Source of the DNA: the human T2T-CHM13v2.0 reference genome, Homo sapiens
Length of the DNA: 64,000 nucleotides
Assembly: GCF_009914755.1 (NCBI RefSeq)
Contig: NC_060933.1
Reading direction: 5' to 3' (one strand)
A model generated the notes under the pieces. It worked only from the letters and a program-made list of their open reading frames with translations, ran no database searches and was not told the DNA's origin. A program made the translations under genes and the position numbers. Within the stretch, counting starts at the first letter, position 1, and every line of letters starts with the position of its first letter. Below are positions 28,621-43,349 of the stretch, piece after piece.

Positions 28621-31600
28621 TCCATTCCATTCCAATTCGTTCCATTCCATTCTATTCCGCACCATTCCATTCCATTCCATACCATTCCATTCCATTCCAT
28701 TCCATTCGATTCCATTCCATTCCAATTCGTTCCATTCCATTCTATTCCGCACCATTCCATTCCATTCCATACCATTCCATTCCATTCCATTCCATTCCAT
28801 TCCATTCCATTCCGTTCCGTTGCGTTCCATTCCATTCCATTCCATTCTATTCGGGTTAATTCCATTCCATTCCATTCCATTCCATTCCATTCTATTCCAT
28901 TCCATTGCAATCGAGTTGAATCCATTCCATTCCTTTCCATTCCTTTCGATTCCATTCCATTACACTCGGGTTGATTCCATTCCATTCCATTCCATTCCAT
29001 TCCATTCCATTCCATTCCATTCTTTCCATTCCATTCCATTCCATTCGGATTGATTCCATTCAATTCACTTACACTCCATTATATTCCATTCCATTCGGGT
29101 TGTTTCCATTCCATTCCATTCCATTCCACTCCATTCCATTGCAATCGGGATGATTCCATTCCATTCCATTCCATTCCATTCCATTCCGCATGATTCCATT
29201 CCATTGCATTCCGTTCCATTACATTCCCCTGCACTCGGGTTGATTCCATTCCTTTCCATTCGATTCCATTCCATTCCAATTCTTTCCATTCCATTCTATT
29301 CCGTACCATTCCATTCCATTCCATACCATTCCATTCCATTCCATTGCATTCCATTCCATTCCGTTCCGTTCCATTCCGTTCCGTTCCATTCCATTCCATT
29401 CCATTCTATTCGGGTTGATTCCATACCATTCCATTCCATTCCATTCTATTCCATTCCATTGCAATCGAGTTGAATCCATTGCATTCCATTCCATCCCATT
29501 CCACTGCACTCGCATTGATTCCATTCCAGTCCATTCCATTCCAATCCATTCCTTTCCATTCCATTCCGTTCCGTTCCATTCCATTCCATTCCATTCCGCT
29601 CCGTTCCATTCCATTCCATTCCGTTCTATTCGGGTAATTCCTTTCCATTCCATTCGATTGCAATCTAGTTGCTTCCATTCCATTCCATTCCACTCTATTC
29701 CATTCCATTCCATTCCATTCCTTTCCATTCCATTACGGATGATTCCATTCCATTGCATTCCATTCCATTCCATTCCATTCCCCTGTAATCGGGTTGATTC
29801 CATTCCATTCCATTCCAATCCATGCCATTCCACTCGTGTTGATTCCATTCTTTCCATTGCATTCAAGTTGAGTCCATTCCATTGCTTTCCATTCCATTCG
29901 ATTCCATTCTATTGCACTCGGGTTGATTCCATTCCATTGCATTCCATTGCATTCCATTCCATTCCGTTCCATTCCATTTCATTCCATTCCGTTCCATTCC
30001 ATTCCATTACATTCGGATTGATTCTATTCAATTCCGATACACTCCATTACATTCCATTCCATTCGGGTAGTTTCCATTCCATTCCATTCTATTCCTCTCC
30101 ATTCCATTGCACTCGGGTTGATTCCATTCCATTGCATTCCATTCCATTCCATTCCATTCCGTTCCTTTCCATTCCATTTCATTCGGATTGATTCTATTCA
30201 ATTCCTTACACTCCATTACATTCCATTCCATTCGGGTAGTTTCCATTCCATTCCATTCCATTCCTCTCCATTCCATTGCAATCGGGTTGATTCCATTCCA
30301 TTCCATTCCATTCCATTCTATTCCATTCCATTCCGTTCCGGATGATTCCATTCCACTGAATTCCATTCCATTCCATTCGATTCCATTCTATTTCATTCAA
30401 TTGCAATCGAGTTGAATCCGTTACATTCCGTTCCATTCCATTCCATTGCATTCCATTCCATTCTATTCGTGTTAATTCCATTCCGTTCTATTCCATTCCA
30501 TTCCATTGGAATCGAGTTGATTCCATTCCATTCCATTCCATTCCATTCCATTCCATTCCATTCCATTGGAATCGACTTGATTCCATTCCATTCCATTCGA
30601 TTCCATTCGATTCCATTCGATTCCATTCCATTCCGGATGATTCCATTCCATTGCATTCCATTCCATTCCATTGCATTCCATTCCGGATGATTCCATTCCA
30701 TTGCATTCCATTCCATTCCATTCCCCTGCACTCGTGTTGATTCCATTCCATTCCATTCCATTACCTTCCTTTCCATTCCATTCCATTCCATTCTATTAGG
30801 GTTAATTCCATTCCATTCCATTCCATTCCATTCCATTCCGTTCCGTTCCGTTCCGATCCATTCCATTCCATTCCATTCCATTCCATTCCGTTCCGCTCCA
30901 TTCCATTCCATTCCATTCTATTCGGGTTAATTCCATTCCATTCCATTCGATTGCAATCGAGTTGATTCCATTCCATTCCATTCCATTCCATTCCATTCCA
31001 TTCCTTTCCTTTCCATTACGGATGATTCCATTCCATTGCATTCCATTCCATTCCATTGCATTCCATTCCATTCCATTCCCCTGTACTCGGGTTGATTCCA
31101 TTCCATTCCATTCCAATCCGTGCCATTCCACTCGTGTTGATTCCATTCTTTCCATTCCATTCAAGTTGAATCCATTCCATTGCATTCCATTCCATTCCAT
31201 TCCATTCGATTGCAGTCGGGTTGATTCCATTCCATTGCATTCCATTCCATTCCATACCATTCCATTCCGTTCCATTCCATTCCATTACATTCGGATTGAT
31301 TCTATTCAACTCCCTTACTCTCCATTACATTCCATTCCATTCGGGTTGTTCCATTCCATTCCATTCCATTCCACTCCATTCCATTGCACTCGGGTTGATT
31401 CCATTCCATTCCATTCTATTCCATTCCATTCCCTTCCTTTCCGTTCCGTTCCATTCCATTCCATTCCATTCCATTCCATTCCGTTCCGTTCCATTCCATT
31501 CCATTCCATTCTATTCGGGTTAATTCCATTCCATTCCATTCGATTGCATTCGAGTTGATTCCATTCCATTCCATTCCATTCCATTCCATTCCATTCCATT

Positions 31601-33349
31601 CCATTCCGTTCCGTTCCATTCCATTCCATTCCATTCTATTCGGGTTAATTCCATTCCATTCCATTCGATTGCATTCGAGTTGATTCCATTCCATTCCATT
31701 CCATTCCATTCCATTCCATTCCATTCCTTTCCATTCCATTACGGATGATTCCATTCCATTGCATTCCATTCCATTCCATGCCCCTGTACTCGGGTTGATT
31801 CCATTCCATTCCATTCCAATCCATGCCATTCCACTCGTGTTGATTCCATTCTTTCCATTCCATTCAAGTTGAATCCATTCCATTGCATTCCATTCCATTC
31901 GATTCCATTCGATTGCACTCGGGTTGATTCCATTCCATTGCATTCCCTTCCATTCCATTCCATTCTATTCCGTTCCATTCCATTTCATTACATTCAGATT
32001 GATTCTATTCAATTCCCTTACACTCCATTATATTCCAATCCATTCTTGTTGTCTCCATTCCATTCCATTCCATTTCACTCCATTCCATTGCACTCGGGTT
32101 GATTCCATTCCATTCCATTCCATTGCATTCCATTCCATTCCATTCCGGATGATTCCATTCCATTGCTTTCCATTCCATTCCATTCCTCTGCACTCGGGTT
32201 GATTCCATTCCATTCCATTCCATTACATTCCGTTCCGTTCCATTCCATTCATTTCGGATTGATTCTATTCAATTCCCTTACACTCCATTACATTCCATTC
32301 CATTTGGGTAGTTTCCATTCCATTCCATTCCTTTCCTCTCCATTCCATTGCACTCGGGTTGATTCCATTCCATTCCATTCCATTCCATTACATTACATTA
32401 CATTACATTCGATTCCGTTCCATTGTATTCGGGTTGATTCCATTCCATTGCATTCCATTCCATTCCATTCCATTCCATTCCATTCCATTCCATTCCATTC
32501 CGTTCCATTCCATTACATTCGGATTGATTCTATTCAACTCCCTTACTCTCCATTACATTCCATTCCATTCGGGTTGTTCCATTCCATTCCATTCCATTCC
32601 ACTCCATTCCATTGCACTCGGGTTGATTCCATTCCATTCCATTCCATTCCATTCCATTCCATTCCATTCCATTCCGGATGATTCCATTCCATTGCATTCC
32701 GTTCCATTACATACCCCTGCACTCGGGTTGATTCCATTCCATTCCATTCCATTCCATTCGATTCCATTCCATTCCAATTCTTTCCATTCCATTCTATTCC
32801 GTACCATTCCATTCCATTCCATACAATTCCATTCCATTCCATTCCACTCCGTTCCGTTCCGTTCCGTTCCGTTCCATTCCATTCCATTCCATTCTATTCG
32901 GTTTAATTCCATTCCATTCCATTCCATTCCATTCTATTCCATTCCATTGCAATCGAGTTGAATCCACTGCATTCCATTCCATTCCATTCCATTCCATTCC
33001 ATTCCGGAAGATTCCATTCCATTGCATTCCATTCCATTCCATTCCATTCCATTCCATTCCATTCCATTCCATTCCATTGTACTCTGGTTGATTCCATTCC
33101 ATTGCATTCCATTCCATTCCATTGCATTCCATTCCATTGTACTCTGGTTGATTCCATTCCATTGCATTCCATTCCATTTCATTCCATTCCATTCCATTCC
33201 ATTCCATTCCGTTCCATTCCATTCCATTACATTCGGATTGATTCTTTTCAACTCCCTTACTCTCCATTACATTCCATTCAATTCGGGTTGTTCCATTCCA
33301 TTCCATTCCATTCCACTCCATTCCATTTCACTCGGGTTGATTCCATTCC

Positions 33350-35500
33350 ATTCCATTTCATTCCATTCCGGATGATTCCATTCCATTGCATTCCGTTCCA
33401 TTACATTCCCCTGCACTCGGGTTGATTCCATTCCATTCCATTCCATTCCATTCCATTCGATTCCATTCCATTCCCCTGCACTCGCGTTGATTCCATTCCA
33501 TTCCATTCCATTCCATTCCATTCCATTCCATTCTATTCCATTCCTTTCCGTTCCATTCCATTCCATTCCATTCCATTCCGTTCCGTTCCATTCCATTCCA
33601 TTCCATTCCATTCTATTCGGGTTAATTCCATTCCATTCCATTCGACTGCAATCGAGTTGATTCCATTCCATTCCATTCCATTCCATTCCATTCCATTCCA
33701 TTCCATTCCATTCCATTACGGATGATTCCATTCCATTGCATTCCATTCCATTCCATTCCCTGAACTCGGGTTGATTCCATTCCTTTCCATTGCAATCCAT
33801 GCCATTCCACTCGTGTTGATTCCATTCTTTCCTTTCCATTCAAGTTGAATCCATTCCATTGCATTCCATTCCATTCGATTCCATTCGATTGCACTCGGGT
33901 TGATTCCATTCCATTGCATTCCATTCCATTCCATTCCATTCCATTCCATTCCATTCCGTTCCATTCCATTTCATTACATTCAGATTGATTCTATTCAATT
34001 CCCTTACACTCCATTATATTCCAATCCATTCTGGTTGTTTCCATTCCATTCCATTCCATTTCACTCCATTCAATTGCACTCGGGTTGATTCCATTCCATT
34101 CCATTCCATTCCATTCCATTCCGGATGATTCCATTCCATTGCATTCCATTCCATTCCATTCCCCTGCACTCGGGTTGATTCCATTCCATTCCATTACATT
34201 ACATTCCGTTCCATTACATTCCATTCCATTCGGATTGATTCTATTCAATTCCCTTACACTTCATTACATTCCATTCCATTTGGGTAGTTTCCATTCCATT
34301 CCATTCCATTCCTCTCTATTCCATTGCACTCGGGTTGATTCCATTCCATTCCATTCCTTTCCATTCCATTCCATTCCATTGTACTCGGGTTGATTCCATT
34401 CCATTGCATTCCATTCCATTCCATTCCATTCCGTTCCATTCCATTCCATTACATTCGGATTGATTCTATTCAACTCCCTTACTCTCCATTGCATTCGATT
34501 CCATTCGGGTTGTTCCATTCCATTCCATTCCATTCCACTCCATTCCATTGCACTCGGGTTTATTCCATTCCATTCCATTCCATTCCGGTAGATTCCATTC
34601 CATTGCATTCCATTACATTCCATTCCCCTGCACTCGCGTTGATTCCATTCCATTCCATTCCATTCCAATCCATTCCATTCCATTCCATTCCATTCCATTC
34701 CATTCCATTCCTTTCCGTTCCATTCCATTCCATTCCATTCCATTCCATTCCATTCCGTTCCGTTCCGTTCCATTCCATTCCATTCAATTCTATTCGGGTT
34801 AATTGCATTCCATTCCATTCGATTGCAATCGAGTTGATTCCATTCCATTCCATTCCATTCCATTCCATTCCATTCCATTCCATTCCTTTCCATTCCATTA
34901 CGGATGATTCCATTCCATTGCATTCCATTCCATTCCCCTGTACTCGGGTTGATTCCATTCCATTCCATTCCAATCCATGCCATTCCACTCGTGTTGATTC
35001 CATTCTTTCCATTCCATTGAAGTTGAATCCATTCCATTGCATTCCATTCCATTCGATTCCATTCGATTGCACTCGGGTTGATTCCATTCCATTGCATTCC
35101 ATTCCATTCCATTTCATTCCATTCCATTCCTTTCCATTCCATTCCATTCCATTCCATTCCATTCCATTCCATTCCATTCCATTGCAATCGAGTTGATTCC
35201 ATTCCATTCCTTTCCATTCCATTCCATTGCCTTGCATTCCACTCGGGTTGATTCCATTCCCTTCTTTCCACTCCATTACATTCCCTTCCATTCCACTCGG
35301 AATGATTGATTCCATTCCATTCCATTCCATTCCATTTCATTCCATTGCAATGCATTCCAATCCATTCCATTCCATTCCATTCCACTCGAGTTGATTTCAT
35401 TCCATTCCTTTCCATTCCATTCCATTCCTTTCCACTCGAGTTGATTCAATTCCATTCCATTCCATTGCATTCCATTCCATGCCATTCCACTCGGGTTGAT
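33350..35500 (+). repeat. Block Y plus start of block X, copy 1 of 3 (others about 46205-48360 and 59410-61550)
   Basis: Private variants CTTACACTTCATTAC (~34253, ~47099, ~60300), CCTCTCTATTCC (~34311, ~47157, ~60358) and CTCCATTGCATTCGATT (~34484, ~47365, ~60571). Confidence 0.9.
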
Positions 35501-35799
35501 TCCATTCCATTCCATTCCATTCCATTCCATTGCATTCCATTCCATTCCATTCCATTGCATTGCATTCCATTCCATTCCCCTGCACTTGGGTTGATTCCAT
35601 TCCACTCCATTCCATTTCATTCCATTCCATTCCTTTCCATTCCATTCCATTCCAATCCGTTCCATTCCATTCCATTCCATTCCATTGCAATCGACTTGAT
35701 TCCATTCCATTCCATTCCATTCCATTCCATTCCATTCAATTCCATTCCATTCCATTTTGTTCCAATCCATTCTATTCCGAACCATTCCATTCCATTCCA

Positions 35800-38700
35800 T
35801 TCCATTCCATTCCATTCCATTCCATTCCATTCTATTCCATGCCATTCCACTCGGGTTGATTCCATTCCTTTCCATTCCATTCGTTTTGAATCCATTCCAC
35901 TCCATTCCATTCCATTCGAATCCATTCCATTGCACTCGGGTTGATTCCATTCCATTCCATTCCATTCGATTCCATTCCATTCCATTCCATTCCGTTCCAT
36001 TCCATTTCATTACATTCAGATTGATTCTATTCAATTCCCTTACACTCCATTATATTCCACTCCATTCTGGTTGTTTCCATTCCATTCCATTCCATTTCAC
36101 TCCATTCCTTTGCACTCGGTTTGATTCCATTCCATTCCATTCCATTCCATTCCGGATGATTCCATTCCATTGCATTCCATTCCATTCCATTCCCCTGCAC
36201 TCAGGTTGATTCCATTCCATTCCATTCCACTCCATTCGGTTCCATTCCATTCCATTCTATTGCATTCCATTCTATTCGGGTTAATTCCATTTCATTCTAA
36301 TTCATTCCATTCCATTCCATTCCATTGCAATCGAGTTGATTTCATTCCATTCCATTCCATTCCGGATGATTCCATTCCATTGCATTCCATTCCATTCCAT
36401 TCCCCTGCACTCGTGTTGATTCCATTCCCTTCCATTCCATTCCATTCCGTTCCATTCCATTGCATTCCATTCTATTCCGGTTAATTCCATTCCATTCCAT
36501 TCCATTCCATTCCATTCCATTCCATTGCAATCGAGTTGATTCCATTCGATTCCTTTCCATTCCATTACATTGCCTTGCATTCCACTCGGGTTGATTCCAT
36601 TCCCTTCTTTCCACTCCATTACATTCCCTTCCATTCCACTCGGAATGATTGGTTCCATTCCATTCCATTCCATTTCATTCCATTGCAATCCATTCCAATC
36701 CATTCCATTCCATTCCATTCCACTCGAGTTGATTTCATTCAATTCCTTTCCATTCCATTCCATTCCTTTCCACTCGAGTTGATTCCATTCCATTCCATTC
36801 CATTGCATTCCATTCCATGCCATTCCACTCGGGTTGATTCCATTCCTTTGCATTCCATTCCATTCCATTCCATTCCATTCCTTTCCAATCCAATTCTTTG
36901 CATTCCTTTCCATTCCGTACCATTCCATTCCATTCCATACAATTCCATTCCATTCCATTCCACTCCGTTCCGTTCCGTTCCGTTCCGTTCCATTCCATTC
37001 CATTCCATTCTATTCGGTTTAATTCCATTCCATTCCATTCTATTCCATTCCATTGCAATCGAGTTGAATCCATTGCATTCCATTCCATTCCATTCCATTC
37101 CATTCCATTCCATTCCATTCAATTCCGGAAGATTCCATTCCATTGCATTCCATTCCATTCCATTCCATTCCATTCCATTCCATTGTACTCGGGTTGATTC
37201 CATTCGATTCCATTCCATTCCATTCCATTCCATTCCATTCCATTCCATTCCATTCCGATCCATTCCATTCCATTACATTCGGATTGATTCTTTTCAACTC
37301 CCTTACTCTCCATTACATTCCATTCCATTCGTGTTGTTCCTTTCAATTCCATTCCATTCCATTCCACTCCATTCCATTGCACTCGGGTTGATTCCATTCC
37401 ATTCCATTCCATTCCATTCCGGATGATTCCATTCCATTGCATTCCGTTCCATTACATTCCCCTGCACTCGGGTTGATTCCATTCCATTCCATTCCATTCC
37501 ATTCGATTCTATTCCGTTCCCCTGCACTCGCGTTGATTCCATTCCATTCCATTCCATTCCATTCCATTCCATTCCATTCCTTTCCATTCCAGTCCTTTCC
37601 ATTCCATTCCACTCGGGTTGATTCCATTCTATTAGTTTCCATTCCATTCCATTCCCTTCCATTCCACTCTGGTTGATTCCATTCCTTTCCATTCCACTCG
37701 AATACATTCCCTCCTATTCCACTCGGAACGATTCCATTCCATTCCATTCCATTCCATTCCATTCCATTCCATTCCATTCCATTCCATTTCATTCCATTTT
37801 GTTCCATTCCATTCTATTCCGTATCATTCCATTCCATTCCATTCCATTCCATTCCATTCCATTCCATTCCACTCGTGTTGATTCCATTCCTTTCCATTCC
37901 ATTCGGTTTGAAGGTATTCCATTCCATTCCATTCCATTCCATTCCATTCCATTCCATTCCATTGTACTCGGGTTGATTCCATTCCATTGCATTCCATTCC
38001 ATTACATTCCATTCCATTCCGTTGCATTCCATTCCATTACATTCGGATTGATTCTATTCAACTCCCTTACTGTCCATTACATTCCATTCCATTCGGGTTG
38101 TTCCATTCCATTTCATTCCATTCCACTCCATTCAATTGCACTCGGGTTGATTCCATTCCATTCCATTCCATTCCATTCCATTCCGGATGATTCCATTCCA
38201 TTGCATTCCGTTCCATTACATTCCCCTGCACTCGCGTTGATTCCATTCCATTCCATTCCATTCAATTCCATTCCATTACAATTCGTTCCATTCCATTCTA
38301 TTCCGTACCATTCCATTCCATTCCATACCATTCCATTGCATTCAATTCCATTCCATTCCATTCCATTCCATTCCATTCCATTCTATTCCATTCCATTGCA
38401 ATCGAGTTGAATCCATTGCATTTCATTCCATTCTATTCCATTCCATTCCATTCCGGAAGATTCCATTCCATTGCATTCCATTCCATTCCATTCCCCTGCA
38501 CTCGCGTTGATTCCATTCCATTCCATTCCATTCCATTCCATTCCGTTCCGTTCCGTTCCATTCCATTCCATTCCATTCCGTTCCGTTCCGTTCCATTCCA
38601 TTCCATGCCATTCTATTCGGGTTAATTCCATTCCATTCCATTCGATTGCAATCGAGTTGATTCCATTCCATTCCATTCCATTCCATTCCATTCCATTCCA

Positions 38701-39110
38701 TTCCATTCCTTTCCATTCCATTACGGATGATACCATTCCATTGCATTCCATTCCATTCCATTCCCCTGTACTCGGGTTGATTCCATTCCATTCCATTCCA
38801 ATCCATGCCATTCCACTCGTGTTGATTCCATTCTTTCCATTCCATTCAAGTTGAATCCATTCCATTGCATTCCATTCCATTCGATTCCATTCGATTGCAC
38901 TCGGGTTGATTCCATTCCATTGCATTCCATTCCATTCCATTGCATTCCATTCCATTCCATTCCCTTCCATTCCATTCCATTACATTCGGATTGATTCTAT
39001 TCAACTCCTTTACTCTCCATTACATTCCATTCCATTCGGGTTGTTCCATTCCATTCCATTCCATTCCACTCCTTTCCATTGCACTCGGGTTTATTCCATT
39101 CCATTCCATT
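35800..39110 (+). repeat. 3.3 kb head-to-tail tandem duplication, copy 1
   Basis: ORF translations recur at offsets 3304, 3309, 3294, 3279 and 3339 across the block. Shared private variants: CGTTTTGAATCC, GAATGATTGGTTCC, GAAGGTATTCC, TACTGTCC, CAACTCCTTTAC. Confidence 0.95.
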
Positions 39111-42100
39111 CCATTCCATTCCATTCCATTCCATTCTATTCCATGCCATTCCACTCGGGTTGATTCCATTCCTTTCCATTCCATTCGTTTTGAATCCATT
39201 CCACTCCATTCCTTTCCATTCGAATCCATTCCATTGCACTCGGGTTGATTCCATTCCATTCCATTCCATTCGATTCCATTCCATTCCATTCCATTCCGTT
39301 CCATTCCATTTCATTACATTCAGATTGATTCTATTCAATTCCCTTACACTCCATTATATTCCACTCCATTCTGGTTGTTTCCATTCCATTCCATTCCATT
39401 TCACTCCATTCCTTTGCACTCGGTTTGATTCCATTCCATTCCATTCCATTCCATTCCGGATGATTCCATTCCATTGCATTCCATTCCATTCCATTCCCCT
39501 GCACTCAGGTTGATTCCATTCCATTCCATTCCACTCCATTCGGTTCCGTTCCATTCCATTCTATTGCATTCCATTCTATTCGGGTTAATTCCATTTCATT
39601 TTAATTCATTCCATTCCATTCCATTCCATTGCAATCGAGTTGATTTCATTCCATTCCATTCCATTCCGGATGATTCCATTCCATTGCATTCCATTCCATT
39701 CCATTCCCCTGCACTCGTGTTGATTCCATTCCCTTCCATTCCATTCCATTCCGTTCCATTCCATTGCATTCCATTCTATTCCGGTTAATTCCATTCCATT
39801 CCATTCCATTCCATTCCATTCCATTCCATTCCATTGCAATCGAGTTGATTCCATTCCATTCCCTTCCATTCCATTACATTGCCTTGCATTCCACTCGGGT
39901 TGATTCCATTCCCTTCTTTCCACTCCATTACATTCCCTTCCATTCCACTCGGAATGATTGGTTCCATTCCATTCCATTCCATTTCATTCCATTGCAATCC
40001 ATTCCAATCCATTCCATTCCATTCCATTCCACTCGAGTTGATTTCATTCAATTCCTTTCCATTCCATTCCATTCCTTTCCACTCGAGTTGATTCCATTCC
40101 ATTCCATTCCATTGCATTCCATTCCATGCCATTCCACTCGGGTTGATTCCATTCCTTTGCATTCCATTCCATTCCATTCCATTCCATTCCTTTCCATTCC
40201 AATTCTTTGCATTCCTTTCTATTCCGTACCATTCCATTCCATTCCATACAATTCCATTCCATTCCATTCCACTCCGTTCCGTTCCGTTCCGTTCCGTTCC
40301 ATTCCATTCCATTCCATTCTATTCGGTTTAATTCCATTCCATTCCATTCTATTCCATTCCATTGCAATCGAGTTGAATCCATTGCATTCCATTCCATTCC
40401 ATTCCATTCCATTCCATTCCATTCCATTCAATTCCGGAAGATTCCATTCCATTGCATTCCATTCCATTCCATTCCATTCCATTCCATTCCATTGTACTCC
40501 GGTTGATTCCATTCGATTCCATTCCATTCCATTCCATTCCATTCCATTCCATTCCATTCCGATCCATTCCATTCCATTACATTCGGATTGATTCTTTTCA
40601 ACTCCCTTACTCTCCATTACATTCCATTCCATTCGTGTTGTTCCTTTCAATTCCATTCCATTCCATTCCACTCCATTCCATTGCACTCGGGTTGATTCCA
40701 TTCCATTCCATTCCATTCCATTCCGGATGATTCCATTCCATTGCATTCCGTTCCATTACATTCCCCTGCACTCGGGTTGATTCCATTCCATTCCATTCCA
40801 TTCCATTCGATTCTATTCCGTTCCCCTGCACTCGCGTTGATTCCATTCCATTCCATTCCATTCCATTCCATTCCTTTCCATTCCAGTCCTTTCCATTCCA
40901 TTCCACTCGGGTTGATTCCATTCTATTAGTTTCCATTCCATTCCATTCCCTTCCATTCCACTCTGGTTGATTCCATTCCTTTCCATTCCACTCGAATACA
41001 TTCCCTCCTATTCCACTCGGAACGATTCCATTCCATTCCATTCCATTCCATTCCATTCCATTCCATTCCATTTCATTCCATTTTGTTCCATTCCATTCTA
41101 TTCCGTATCATTCCATTCCATTCCATTCCATTCCATTCCATTCCATTCCATTCCACTCGTGTTGATTCCATTCCTTTCCATTCCATTCGGTTTGAAGGTA
41201 TTCCATTCCATTCCATTCCATTCCATTCCATTCCATTCCATTGTACTCGGGTTGATTCCATTCCATTGCATTCCATTCCATTACATTCCATTCCATTCCG
41301 TTGCATTCCATTCCATTACATTCGGATTGATTCTATTCAACTCCCTTACTGTCCATTACATTCCATTCCATTCGGGTTGTTCCATTCCATTTCATTCCAT
41401 TCCACTCCATTCAATTGCACTCGGGTTGATTCCATTCCATTCCATTCCATTCCATTCCATTCCGGATGATTCCATTCCATTGCATTCCGTTCCATTACAT
41501 TCCCCTGCACTCGCGTTGATTCCATTCCATTCCATTCCATTCAATTCCATTCCATTACAATTCGTTCCATTCCATTCTATTCCGTACCATTCCATTCCAT
41601 TCCATACCATTCCATTGCATTCCATTCCATTCCATTCCGTTCCATTCCGTTCCATTCCATTCCATTCCATTCTATTCGGGTTAATTCCATTCCATTCCAT
41701 TCCATTCCATTCCATTCCATTCTATTCCATTCCATTGCAATCGAGTTGAATCCATTGCATTTCATTCCATTCTATTCCATTCCATTCCATTCCGGAAGAT
41801 TCCATTCCATTGCATTCCATTCCATTCCATTCCCCTGAACTCGCGTTGATTCCATTCCATTCCATTCCATTCCATTCCATTCCGTTCCGTTCCGTTCCAT
41901 TCCATTCCATTCCATTCCGTTCCGTTCCGTTACATTCCATTCCATGCCATTCTATTCGGGTTAATTCCATTCCATTCCATTCGATTGCAATCGAGTTGAT
42001 TCCATTCCATTCCATTCCATTCCATTCCATTCCATTCCATTCCATTCCTTTCCATTCCATTACGGATGATTCCATTCCATTGCATTCCATTCCATTCCAT

Positions 42101-42455
42101 TCCCCTGTACTCGGGTTGATTCCATTCCATTCCATTCCAATCCATGCCATTCCACTCGTGTTGATTCCATTCTTTCCATTCCATTCAAGTTGAATCCATT
42201 CCATTGCATTCCATTCCATTCGATTCCATTCGATTGCACTCGGGTTGATTCCATTCCATTGCATTCCATTCCATTCCATTGCATTCCATTCCATTCCATT
42301 CCCTTCCATTCCATTCCATTACATTCGGATTGATTCTATTCAACTCCTTTACTCTCCATTACATTCCATTCCATTCGGGTTGTTCCATTCCATTCCATTC
42401 CATTCCACTCCTTTCCATTGCACTCGGGTTTATTCCATTCCATTCCATTCCATTC
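39111..42455 (+). repeat. 3.3 kb head-to-tail tandem duplication, copy 2
   Basis: Begins CTATTCCATGCC...CGTTTTGAATCC (~39136-39197) like ~35832-35893. Ends CACTCCTTTCCATTGCACTCGGGTTTATT (~42406-42434) like ~39067-39095. Confidence 0.95.
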
Positions 42456-43349
42456 CATTCCATTCCGGAATATTCCATTCCATTGCATTCCATTCCATTC
42501 CATTCCCCTGCACTCGCGTTGATTCCATTCCATTCCGTTCCATTCCTTTCCATTCCATTACGTTCCGTTCCGTTCCATTCCATTCCATTCCATTCTATTC
42601 GGGTTACTTCCATTCCATTCCATTCGATTGCAGTCGAGTTGATTCCATTCCATTCCATTCCATTCCATTCCATTCCTTTCCATTGCATTACTGATGATTC
42701 CATTCCATTGCATTCCATTCCATTCCATTCCCCTGTACTCGGGTTGATTCCATTCCATTCCATTCCATTCCATTCCATTCCGGATGATTCCACTCCATTA
42801 CATTCCATTCCATTCCGTTCCCCTGCACTCGGGTTGATTCCATTCCATTCCACTCCATTCCGTTCCATTCCATTCCATTCCATTGTATTCGGGTTAATTC
42901 CATTCCATTCCATTCCATTCCATTCCATTCCATTCCATTCCATTACAATCGAGTTGATTCCATTCCATTCCATTCCATTCCATTCCATTCCAGTCCTTTC
43001 CATTCCATTCCACTCGGGTTGATTCCATTCTATTAGTTTCCATTCCATTCCATTCCCTTCCATTCCACTCTGGTTGATTCCATTCCTTTCCATTCCACTC
43101 GAATACATTCCCTCCTATTCCACTCGGAACGATTCCATTCCATTCCATTCCATTCCATTCCATTCCATTCCATTCCATTTCGTTCCATTCCATTCTATTC
43201 CGTATCATTCCATTCCATTCCATTCCATTCCATTCCATTCCATTCGTGTTGATTCCATTCCATTCCATTCCATTCGTGTTGATTCCATTCCTTTCCATTC
43301 CATTCGGTTTGAAGGCATTCCATTCCATTCCATTCCATTCCATTCCATT

